NCBI GenBank assembly: GCA_033764315.1
Contig: JANRJA010000089.1
Coordinates: 1 to 18,313 of the forward strand
Length of the DNA stretch: 18,313 nucleotides
Reading direction: 5' to 3'
DNA from: Oculatellaceae cyanobacterium bins.114
GTDB taxonomy: Bacteria; Cyanobacteriota; Cyanobacteriia; Elainellales; Elainellaceae
Below, in pieces: positions 8,326-16,639 of this stretch. The position numbers and the translations under genes are program-made. The notes beneath the pieces were generated by a model that saw only the letters and a program-made list of their open reading frames with translations, had not been told where the DNA came from and did not search any database. Each line of letters begins with the position of its first letter. Position 1 is the first letter of the stretch.

Positions 8326-10878
8326 ATGAAGCCCGATCGACTGGCTGTGCAGCGTGATTTACATCACCCAATGTCATCTCAACACGAGGTCAATTGGTCA
8401 TTGAGGTCAAATGCCTCCTTTCTAAATCTGGAGATTTTGCAATCTAGCGAAACGCTGTTGCAAACGTTTTTTGTTGGAGCAAGCGATGCCATGTTGATCG
8501 TGGATCAACAGGGGCAGGTAGTAGGCATCAACCCAGCAGGTTGCACGTTATTGGGGCAGTCTGAGGCAGAGTTACACAACAGCGTGGGGCAAGGTCGTTT
8601 ACCGAATGGGGCGATCGCCAATCAATGGGTCGCCAGACTAAATCTGGCAGAGCTTTGGCAAAATTGCCTTGAGCAAGGACGCAGCACCGGCGAGGTGTGC
8701 ATCAAAGACGCCAACGGCACTCCACACAATCTTGAATATGTCGCTACAACACATGGCTTAAAAGATTACCTGCTATTAGTTTTGCGCGATGTAACGCAAC
8801 ACAAGCAAGCTGAAGCAGAAATTCGCAGACTCAACACCGAGCTAGAGCAACGAGTGGCAGAGCGCACCGCCGAGTTAAGACGAGCAAATGAAGAACTGCA
8901 AAAACGAGAAGAACAACTAGAACTGGCGATCGCCCGTGAGCAGTTATTAGCCAGTTTGACTCAGGCGATTCGTCAGTCACTCGACTTAGAAGATGTCTTA
9001 ACGGCAACCGTCGATCAAGTGCGCCAGGTGCTCAAAGTCGATCGGGTTTTAATTTACCGCTTTGTTGCCGATTGGAGTGGAGTCATCGCCGTAGAGTCAG
9101 TCGCTCAGCCCTGCCTCTCAATCTTGGGCAGAACCATTTACGACCCCTGTTTTAGTGGTTCCTGGGTTGAGCCATACCGCCAAGGCCGAATTCACGCTGT
9201 GAGTGACCTTCGTACCGATTCCTTAGCCTCTTGTTACACCGAATTCTTAGAGTCATTGCAGGTTCGAGCCAATCTGGTAGTCCCGATTCTTCAGGTCAAC
9301 GCCACCCTCCCAACTTCAAGGGAAACGCCGCATCGCGTCGCCGCATCACCCACTCCAGATCTGCACCCATCTAACCCAACTCTATGGGGTTTGTTGATTG
9401 CTCATCAGTGTGACCAACCCCGACAGTGGCACCCCATCGAAATCGATTTGCTAAAACAATTGGCAGTCCAAGTGGGCGTCGCCATTCAACAATCTGAATT
9501 GTATCGCCAAGTCCAAGACCTCAATGTCACCTTAGAGCATCAAGTGTTGGAGCGCACGGCTCAATTACAGCAATCTCTAGACTTTGAAGCAATGTTAAAG
9601 CACATCACCGACCGGGTGCGAGACTCATTGGATGAGGATGAGATTTTGCAAACTGCGGTCGAAGCGTTGGCTCGAGGTTTAAGTGTTGATTGTTGTGACA
9701 CTGGCATTTATAACCCAGAGCAAACAGTCTGCACGATTCGCCATGAATGCACAACATCATTGCCCTCTGCAATGGGTCTACAGCCACAGATCAATGAATC
9801 TCCTGATATTTATAACCCATTATTACAAGGGCAGTGGGTTCAGTTTTGCTCAATCGCCATCAACACGATTCGTCCCATTCAACAGAAATACACCATTCTC
9901 GCCTGCCCCATTCAAGATGATCAGGGTGTGATTGGCGATTTGTGGCTCTTTCAAGATCGGTTGTTGACCTTCAACGAGTTAGAGGTGCGGCTAGTGCAAC
10001 AGGTTGCCAACCAGTGCGCGATCGCCATTCGTCAAGCACGACTCTATCAAGCCGTGCAAGCTCAGGTGCTAGAACTAGAGCGGCTCAACCAACTCAAAGA
10101 CGATTTTTTATGCACTGTGTCGCATGAACTGCGTACCCCCATATCAAACATCAACTTAGCCGCCCACTTACTCGAAGTGTTGATGCAACAAGAAGGATGG
10201 TTTGATCATGAAACCAGTCAGGCCAGTCGCTATTTGCAAATTTTGCAGGATGAATGTCAGCGAGAAACTGAGTTAATTAATGACCTACTAGATTTGCAAC
10301 GGCTAGACGCAGGAACAGAAGCCCTCATACCCTCGATCATTCATCTGCAAAGTTGGATTCCTCATCTGGCCGAACCCTTTGAAACTCGTGCTCTGAATCG
10401 AGGGCAGCAGCTAAACATTTATGTCTCCGCTGATTTACCTGAGTTGGTGTCTGACCGAGTTAGCCTGGAGCGCGTCATCACCGAATTGCTGAACAATGCC
10501 TGCAAATACACCCCTCCCGGTGAACAAATTACGGTTTTTGCTGACTTCAACAGCACCTCTCTAAATGGGCAAGAAAACTCGGCTGCTGCTCATCTCATTG
10601 CACATCCCAGCAACTCTTCAACCACACCTCCTGCCTTGATCGAGATTCGGGTGCAAAATACGGGCGTAGAAATTCCGAGTCATGAGTTATCACGAGTCTT
10701 TGAAAAGTTTTATCGAGTGCCCAACGGCGACCCCTGGAAGTATGGAGGAACGGGGCTAGGGTTAGCACTGGTGAAAAAATTGATTGAGCATCTCGGTGGC
10801 ACGATAACTGTTAGTAGCAGCGAGGGAGTCACCACGTTCACAATCACACTGGCGATCGCCCCACCGTCTTTTCAATAG
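8326..10878 (+). CDS. Sensor histidine kinase, PAS - cyanobacteriochrome GAF (DXCF) - GAF - HisKA - HATPase
   Basis: PAS (DAMLIVDQQGQVVGINPAG...RDVT). GAF1 with DPCF (9142-9153), CY (9232-9237), VRANLVVPI, LWGLLIAHQC. Second GAF. SHELRTP (His600), ELLNNACKY, FEKFYR, GGTGLGL. Exact start uncertain. Confidence 0.92.
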   Translation: MKPDRLAVQRDLHHPMSSQHEVNWSLRSNASFLNLEILQSSETLLQTFFVGASDAMLIVDQQGQVVGINPAGCTLLGQSEAELHNSVGQGRLPNGAIANQWVARLNLAELWQNCLEQGRSTGEVCIKDANGTPHNLEYVATTHGLKDYLLLVLRDVTQHKQAEAEIRRLNTELEQRVAERTAELRRANEELQKREEQLELAIAREQLLASLTQAIRQSLDLEDVLTATVDQVRQVLKVDRVLIYRFVADWSGVIAVESVAQPCLSILGRTIYDPCFSGSWVEPYRQGRIHAVSDLRTDSLASCYTEFLESLQVRANLVVPILQVNATLPTSRETPHRVAASPTPDLHPSNPTLWGLLIAHQCDQPRQWHPIEIDLLKQLAVQVGVAIQQSELYRQVQDLNVTLEHQVLERTAQLQQSLDFEAMLKHITDRVRDSLDEDEILQTAVEALARGLSVDCCDTGIYNPEQTVCTIRHECTTSLPSAMGLQPQINESPDIYNPLLQGQWVQFCSIAINTIRPIQQKYTILACPIQDDQGVIGDLWLFQDRLLTFNELEVRLVQQVANQCAIAIRQARLYQAVQAQVLELERLNQLKDDFLCTVSHELRTPISNINLAAHLLEVLMQQEGWFDHETSQASRYLQILQDECQRETELINDLLDLQRLDAGTEALIPSIIHLQSWIPHLAEPFETRALNRGQQLNIYVSADLPELVSDRVSLERVITELLNNACKYTPPGEQITVFADFNSTSLNGQENSAAAHLIAHPSNSSTTPPALIEIRVQNTGVEIPSHELSRVFEKFYRVPNGDPWKYGGTGLGLALVKKLIEHLGGTITVSSSEGVTTFTITLAIAPPSFQ

Positions 10879-10903
10879 CCTCAAACAGGCTCAAACTCCC
10901 AAC

Positions 10904-10951
10904 AAAAAATCCCTAGCGTGAGCCAGGGATTAAATCAGGGTGCATCTACCA
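10904..10951 (-). ncRNA. NsiR1-like small RNA (about 48 nt)
   Basis: Minus strand reads TGGTAGATGCACCCTGATTTAATCCCTGGCTCACGCTAGGGATTTTTT. The 5' GGTAGATGCACC matches the NsiR1 conserved motif as I recall it, followed by a 9-bp stem (ATCCCTGGC/GCTAGGGAT, loop TCAC) and a U tail. Confidence 0.62.
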
Positions 10952-10957
10952 TTCACT

Positions 10958-10986
10958 TATTCCAGAAGACACCCCTCTAATCAGGA
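10958..10986 (-). promoter_or_regulatory. DIF1-like promoter
   Basis: Minus strand TCCTGA-N18-GAATA, ending 7 nt before GGTAGATGCACC. One mismatch to TCCGGA-N18-GWANA. Confidence 0.55.
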
Positions 10987-11146
10987 CAAATTGAGAGGCA
11001 ATCTCATCATTATTGAAATCAGAATTACGGAAATCAACCAGTGTGGATGAACAGCTATCCTATATCTCTGTAAAAGGCAGGGTTTACACTCAACCAACCA
11101 GGGGTTTAAAGCTCCTTGCCCATTACAGATTAAAGGGCGATCGCTC

Positions 11147-12208
11147 TTAACGACTGACCGCTAACAGTTGATCGGCTTGTTTAGCCGCTTCAAAGAAAAA
11201 TCGGACATTATCCTCAGGGACGGTTGGCAATACACCATGACCCAAGTTGAGAATATGCCCCCGATTGCCTGCCTTGCGAATCGTGTCGAGGATGCGATCG
11301 CGAATAAAGCTATGGGAGCCATAGAGAGCGCAAGGATCGATATTGCCCTGCACACCAATATTGGGACCCAACCGTCGGCGTGCTTCCGCCATATCAACCG
11401 TCCAATCGACACTGACAATGTCTACTCCAGACAATGCCATGCGCTCTAACAATCCAGCACTACCACTGATATAGAGGATCATGGGAGCATCAGGATAGAC
11501 GGCTTTGACCTGGCGCACCACCTGCTGCTGATAGGGCAATGCAAACGTTTCATAGTCTTGAGGGCTGAGTTGCCCTGCCCACGAGTCAAACATTTGTACC
11601 ACTTGTGCCCCAGACTCAATCTGGTGGCAGGCATAAGCGGCGATCGCATCTGCCAGCTTGCTCAAAAAACGGTGCAACATCGCAGGCTCAGAAAACGCCA
11701 TGCTCTTGATAATGGAATAATCTTTAGAGCTTTTGCCCTCGATGGCATAGGCTGCCAACGTCCACGGTGCCCCAACAAACCCTAAAACGGCTGCTTCGTT
11801 GCCCACTTCTCGGCGCAACGTCTGCAAAATATCCCGAATAAACCCAAACTTGTCTAGATCCATCGGGTGCAAATTTTCAATCTGCTCCGCTGTACGAATT
11901 GGCGGATCGATAATAGGGCCGCGACTTTCAATAATGTCAAAAGGAATCCCGATGCCCGGTAACGGCGTCAGAATATCTGAGAACAAGATCACCCCATCGG
12001 GTCTAAACGCCCGCCACGGTTGTAACGAAATCTCAACAGCAATATCAACTTTTTCTGACCGCTCCCTAAACGACGGATATTTCTCCCGCAAGTCCCGATA
12101 GGCTTTCATGTAACGTCCTGCCTGTCGCATCATCCATACGGGAGGACGATCAAGCGTCTCACCCCGAGTCGCTCGCAGTAGATAGGGAACTTGGGTTAAT
12201 CCGGTCAT
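11147..12208 (-). CDS. hemE: Uroporphyrinogen decarboxylase
   Basis: [50 protein letters not shown]. Confidence 0.99.
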   Translation of the reverse strand: MTGLTQVPYLLRATRGETLDRPPVWMMRQAGRYMKAYRDLREKYPSFRERSEKVDIAVEISLQPWRAFRPDGVILFSDILTPLPGIGIPFDIIESRGPIIDPPIRTAEQIENLHPMDLDKFGFIRDILQTLRREVGNEAAVLGFVGAPWTLAAYAIEGKSSKDYSIIKSMAFSEPAMLHRFLSKLADAIAAYACHQIESGAQVVQMFDSWAGQLSPQDYETFALPYQQQVVRQVKAVYPDAPMILYISGSAGLLERMALSGVDIVSVDWTVDMAEARRRLGPNIGVQGNIDPCALYGSHSFIRDRILDTIRKAGNRGHILNLGHGVLPTVPEDNVRFFFEAAKQADQLLAVSR

Positions 12209-12293
12209 ATTAAATCGTCTCTGCTTAGCAAGTTCTGAGCATTCGCTAGCTTATCATCACGAGATTACCCTTTGAGCAGTTACCTTACCGAAG

Positions 12294-12311
12294 GTTACAA
12301 AATGCTACGTT
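12294..12311. promoter_or_regulatory. Possible HLR1 (RpaB) site upstream of hemE
   Basis: GTTACAAA-AT-GCTACGTT versus consensus KTTACAWW-N2-KTTACAWW. First half is perfect; second half has 2 mismatches. Confidence 0.35.
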
Positions 12312-12319
12312 TGCTGAGA

Positions 12320-12345
12320 AGAGACACGATTAGTCGCGTCTTTAC
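12320..12345. repeat. Degenerate REP-like palindrome
   Basis: AGAGACACGA-TTAG-TCGCGTCTTTAC resembles the cyanobacterial GTAGAGACGCGATTAATCGCGTCTCTAC-type hairpin. Confidence 0.5.
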
Positions 12346-12380
12346 GGTTGTCCTATCACCCCATCTCCCCCCTATCTTAG

Positions 12381-12499
12381 TACTGCTTTTCACAGATTAG
12401 GGTTCGGAAATAAAACCAAGGGGGTGTGGGGGCTGCGCCCCTAGCCAGGGGTTTCACCCCTGCACCCCAAATTTCCACCCCTATTTACGACGAGTTGTA
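12381..12499. mobile_element. MITE-like element, 119 bp
   Basis: Flanked by CTTAG direct repeats (12376-12380, 12500-12504). Imperfect terminal inverted repeats TAC...GGGT..GGAAAT. GC-rich branched core 12421-12468. Confidence 0.55.
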
Positions 12500-12636
12500 C
12501 TTAGGAACGCGATCGCCCCCTTCCACGTCACTCTAAGTGAACTCTGCTCAAGGATTGCCGCAGAGCCAATCGGGTCACTCCTAAAAAAGGGACATCATTC
12601 CGATATGATAAGAAAGCCTGTTTTTGGAGATGTGCC

Positions 12637-12753
12637 ATGCTGACGCTCAAGGTTGTGGTGTATATCGTTGTTGCGTTCTTTATCGGTTTATTTGTGTTTG
12701 GTTTTCTGTCAAATGATCCGGCTCGTAACCCCAACCGTCGGGATCTTGAATAG
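12637..12753 (+). CDS. psbI: Photosystem II reaction center protein I
   Basis: Manual translation [38 protein letters not shown] (38 aa) with the PsbI signature [12 protein letters not shown]. GGAG RBS at 12626-12629 and TATGAT at 12604-12609. Below the ORF track cutoff. Confidence 0.98.
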   Translation: MLTLKVVVYIVVAFFIGLFVFGFLSNDPARNPNRRDLE

Positions 12754-12846
12754 AGAATAGTCGCTCGTTTTTAAGGCGATAAGCCTGCATTGAGGACGGC
12801 TGAAGTCCCTCTGTTTGGGCTGTCTGTGAAAATGTTTTGCTAAAGT

Positions 12847-15435
12847 ATGCCCTACCCGGTTCCGCCGCCTGCACCCCCCCCTCTAGTCACTGTTGTCTCA
12901 CCTGAGGCTATTGCTCAATCTTCTTCAGCCGTCATTGTTTCGGGGCAGCCCTCTGCGTCGGTAAACCGGGCGGCTGTTTCACCCACTATTACCGCATCGG
13001 CATCAGCCCCAGTTGCAGTTTGCTCACTAGAGCAGTCACCTTCATCGTGCGGAACTGACGCTAATAGCGCGATTGAGAGAGCTGCGACGCGTGCGGCTGT
13101 GTTGGGTTCACCGTTAGAGGTCACTCAAACAACGCTGCCATTTGGTGCGCCACCTCCTGCTACTTATGGGGTTTCAACGGGTGCCTCAACGCTAGAAGCC
13201 GATCTAGTCAAAGCATCGATTGCTCCACCCGGTCAGATCTTTGAACCTCTAGCAAGCCAAAGACGTGATTTGCGTCCGTCGGTTGGCGTATGGCAACCCG
13301 TTGCTAACCGTGTTGTTAACCGCGATCGCCAGCAAATAGAGCAAGAGTCTCGCCAGTTGCATGCCGACTTGCAACGGTTGCGCCTTCCCATTCTTGAAGA
13401 ACTAGCTCAAGCCCCCGCCACAGGAGCACCCAGCACCTTAATTGATCCGGATGACCCCAACGATCAGATTTTGATTATTCCGGGTGCAGGGAGTCCTGTT
13501 ATTCCACCCTCTCCCTCAACGCCACAGGGCACTCCCACAACTCCGGGGTTGTCGATTCCGGGTCAACCCCTCGACGCATCGGGTACAGGGGAAGTGGTAG
13601 AACTGACGGCAGATGAGCAGGAATATGACAACATTCAGCAGGTCTTTTTTGCTCAAGGCAATGTCGTCATGCGGTTTCGGGGAGCAATATTGACCTCCGA
13701 TCGGCTGCGGGTTAATTTGCCCAATCGCATTGCAGTAGCTGAAGGCAACGTCGTTCTTAATCGAGGCGATCAGGTCTTGCGGGGCGATCGCTTTGTGTAT
13801 AACTTTGTGCAACAACAGGGCGATGTCACAGGGGCACGCGGCGAGATCCTGCTATCGACGATTGATCGAGATTTTGCACCTGCTCTGCCCACCGATATCA
13901 GTGCTGGCACGTTGAGCGATCGCCCCATTACTGAACGCATCCCTTCGGGTCAGCCGGCTCAAGGGGTGAGCAGCCCAGGAGGCATCTCAATTGTGGTTGG
14001 CGGTGGCGGAAATCGTGATCTGGATACTCAAGCCGCCAGTGGTGATGTGCGACGTTTGCGCTTTGAGGCAGATCAGATTGACTTCACAGCTACAGGTTGG
14101 GAAGCTACCAATGTCAGGATTACGAACGATCCCTTTTCACCACCAGAGCTAGAACTGCGCTCAAACCGAGTCACGTTTACTCGCCTCTCAACCACCCGCA
14201 GCGAAATTCGCGCCCGCAACCCTCGCCTCGTTTTTGATCAGGGGCTTTCAATTCCACTGTTGCGCGATCGCGTCATCTTAGATAGTCGTCGCCGTGATCC
14301 GGGGTTAGTCCAATTTGGGTTTGACCAAGATGACCGGGGTGGGCTATACATTCAACGGGCATTTGAGCCGATCGCCACGCCTGCGGTGCGCTTTACAATC
14401 ACGCCCCAAATTTTGATTCAGCGAGCATTCGACGACGGGGGTAATTTTTCTAACCTGCGAAATTACGGTTTAATTGCCCGATTGGATGCTAATTTAAGCC
14501 CGACAACCGCCATCCGAGCCACGACTGTGTTTACCAGTCTTGATGCTGATGATTTTGAAGAAGAGTTTCGGGCCAGCCTGCGACTGCGACAACAACTCTG
14601 GCGACATGAGTTTTCGGTCGATTATGGCTATCGCGATCGCTTATTTAATGGCTCATTGGGCTTTCAAACGGTTCAAAGTAGCATTGGGCTAGTCGTCACC
14701 TCGCCTCAATACACACTTGGCAACAGCGGCATTGGTTTGAGCTATCAGGGTAGTTTGCAATACATCAACGCCGATACAGACCAAATCGATTTATTAGAAC
14801 CGATTCGGGAAAATAACCGGGTGGGTTTAACCCGTTATCAAGCGAGCGCAGCACTCAGCCGAGGGTTTTTACTGTGGGCTGGTACGGCATTGCCTGCTAC
14901 AGCGGAGGAAGGATTGCGCTATTCTCCCTACCCCTTAACGCCTTATATTGCACTCTATACGGGTGTTCGAGGAGTGTTTAGTGGTTATAGCAACGGTGAT
15001 ACCCAACCCGTTTTGACAGGAACGGTTAGCATCCAGGGACAATTTGGGCATTACTCGCGAGACTTCCTCGATTACACAGCGGTGCTCTTGTCTTACTCGC
15101 TGACGGCTCAGGGCGGCGAATCGCCTTTCCTGTTTGACCGCTATGTAGATAGGCAAGTCCTTTCGTTTGGAATTATTCAACAATTGTATGGACCGTTGCG
15201 GATTGGATTTCAATCTTCTATCAACTTAGACAGAGATAGCGAAATCGATACTGACTATATCCTGGAGTACAGTAGACGAACATACGCAATTTCTCTGCGA
15301 TACAACCCTGTCCGAGAAGTAGGCTCTCTCGGCTTGCGAATCAGTGACTTTAACTGGGGATCAACCCCAGAACCGTTTTCAGGTAGCTCTGAGACGGGGT
15401 CTGTGGATGGGGGAGTGCAGCGATCGCGCAATTAA
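12847..15435 (+). CDS. DUF3769 / OstA-LptD-like outer envelope protein
   Basis: OstA-like beta-jellyroll repeats (ELTADEQEYD, AQGNVVMRF, AEGNVVLNRGDQVLRG), amphipathic beta strands in the C-terminal half, RISDFNW near the end. I recall this family lying next to psbI in cyanobacteria. Confidence 0.8.
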   Translation: MPYPVPPPAPPPLVTVVSPEAIAQSSSAVIVSGQPSASVNRAAVSPTITASASAPVAVCSLEQSPSSCGTDANSAIERAATRAAVLGSPLEVTQTTLPFGAPPPATYGVSTGASTLEADLVKASIAPPGQIFEPLASQRRDLRPSVGVWQPVANRVVNRDRQQIEQESRQLHADLQRLRLPILEELAQAPATGAPSTLIDPDDPNDQILIIPGAGSPVIPPSPSTPQGTPTTPGLSIPGQPLDASGTGEVVELTADEQEYDNIQQVFFAQGNVVMRFRGAILTSDRLRVNLPNRIAVAEGNVVLNRGDQVLRGDRFVYNFVQQQGDVTGARGEILLSTIDRDFAPALPTDISAGTLSDRPITERIPSGQPAQGVSSPGGISIVVGGGGNRDLDTQAASGDVRRLRFEADQIDFTATGWEATNVRITNDPFSPPELELRSNRVTFTRLSTTRSEIRARNPRLVFDQGLSIPLLRDRVILDSRRRDPGLVQFGFDQDDRGGLYIQRAFEPIATPAVRFTITPQILIQRAFDDGGNFSNLRNYGLIARLDANLSPTTAIRATTVFTSLDADDFEEEFRASLRLRQQLWRHEFSVDYGYRDRLFNGSLGFQTVQSSIGLVVTSPQYTLGNSGIGLSYQGSLQYINADTDQIDLLEPIRENNRVGLTRYQASAALSRGFLLWAGTALPATAEEGLRYSPYPLTPYIALYTGVRGVFSGYSNGDTQPVLTGTVSIQGQFGHYSRDFLDYTAVLLSYSLTAQGGESPFLFDRYVDRQVLSFGIIQQLYGPLRIGFQSSINLDRDSEIDTDYILEYSRRTYAISLRYNPVREVGSLGLRISDFNWGSTPEPFSGSSETGSVDGGVQRSRN

Positions 15436-15451
15436 ATTCAGTGCTGTAGCG

Positions 15452-16249
15452 ATGACTGAACTGGATAAAGACTCAGCCGCGACTCACGCCGTTGAGCTAA
15501 TGAAACATTATGGGTTTGACCTTGGCGGTAATACTGCTGAGGCATTGGTGCATCATTGGTCACGAGATTACCCGATGAGTTGGCTGCGCTCAGGCGTCAT
15601 TGAGGCCCTCTATCAAGGTCGCTATAAAGCCATATCGGTTGAACAAATTTTGACATTGTGGCGACGACGGGGACACCCCATTCACCACTTCAATCACGAA
15701 TTTGAGCGCATTATTTGCAGTCAATTTCCAACGTATCGCGGCATTTTGACGACCCTGTCTGAACCAACAGGACGCACGGCCACCTCACCCACAGTTACCA
15801 CCAGTTCACCAGACCCAGCCAGTCACACAGTCGATACACCGCCATCCCCTGACTTATCTAACGAAGAGCCACCTGTCTCGACCCCTGACCCCCACAATGC
15901 AGCGATCGCTCCTCGTCTCCCGGTTTTAGAATCAGCAGGAGAACCTCAGTCAAATTTAGAGGAGCACCTATCGCCCGCCATTGAATTGCTGTCTGAGGTC
16001 AGACAGGGAGAATTACCCATTCAGACCTTTAAACCAAAAACGAGCTTAGAACTGGTAGCCGCACGGCGTACAGGTTGGTCTCGAACAGATGCCGCAAAAC
16101 ATCCCATTCATCAATTCATCCCCACTGAGGAGGGGTCTGAGTTTTACAGCAAACTCAAAGCCGTGGCTCAAACAGAGACTCCGTCTACCGTGACCCTAAA
16201 ACCAGAGGAACAGACCCGACAACCAGAAGAGCGATCGCCTGAGCCATAA
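15452..16249 (+). CDS. Hypothetical protein with a DnaD-like N-terminal domain and Pro/Ser/Thr-rich linker
   Basis: ATG at 15452, 16 bp after the upstream stop. Ordered N-terminal ~95 aa (YGFDL...WLRSGVIEALYQGRYKAISVEQILTLWRRRG), low-complexity middle, short C-terminal motif. Confidence 0.8.
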   Translation: MTELDKDSAATHAVELMKHYGFDLGGNTAEALVHHWSRDYPMSWLRSGVIEALYQGRYKAISVEQILTLWRRRGHPIHHFNHEFERIICSQFPTYRGILTTLSEPTGRTATSPTVTTSSPDPASHTVDTPPSPDLSNEEPPVSTPDPHNAAIAPRLPVLESAGEPQSNLEEHLSPAIELLSEVRQGELPIQTFKPKTSLELVAARRTGWSRTDAAKHPIHQFIPTEEGSEFYSKLKAVAQTETPSTVTLKPEEQTRQPEERSPEP

Positions 16250-16320
16250 GTTGAGTTCAAAACAGCGTCAGACAAAGAAGCCATTGTGTCTCGTTGATGA
16301 GGCGACAATCTGGGCGATCG

Positions 16321-16557
16321 CTAGCGAATGGTGACGGTCAAGGTCACATCACTCATGCCCCACACCTCAAAAAATTGGCGAAATAACGTTTGACTAGCAG
16401 AGGTCATATCGCCATCGGGTTCAATAATGCCGCCCTGGAGTAACCGTCCTCCATCGGTTTGTAAATCGAGGCGCAATTCGCCATCCTCCTCTCGGTGAAG
16501 CATTAAATAACCATTGGCTAAAACTTGCCCCGCTCGACTAATGACTGCACATCGCAT
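16321..16557 (-). CDS. Hypothetical protein (78 aa)
   Basis: ATG with AGAGGGG RBS-like sequence upstream, globular composition, co-oriented with the Nudix gene. Confidence 0.75.
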   Translation of the reverse strand: MRCAVISRAGQVLANGYLMLHREEDGELRLDLQTDGGRLLQGGIIEPDGDMTSASQTLFRQFFEVWGMSDVTLTVTIR

Positions 16558-16639
16558 GGCTCAACGTTCCCCTCTTTAAAAATGACCAACTTTACTAGAG
16601 TTGCATTGTTTGGGGTACACAGTCACACTATTCTTTGGG

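Noticed and set aside
12528-12874. Minus-strand 68-aa and 64-aa ORFs
   Set aside because: Antisense shadows of psbI and the start of the DUF3769 gene.
15344-15451. Upstream GTG start for the 301-aa ORF
   Set aside because: Would overlap the upstream gene by 92 bp; ATG 15452 is more plausible.
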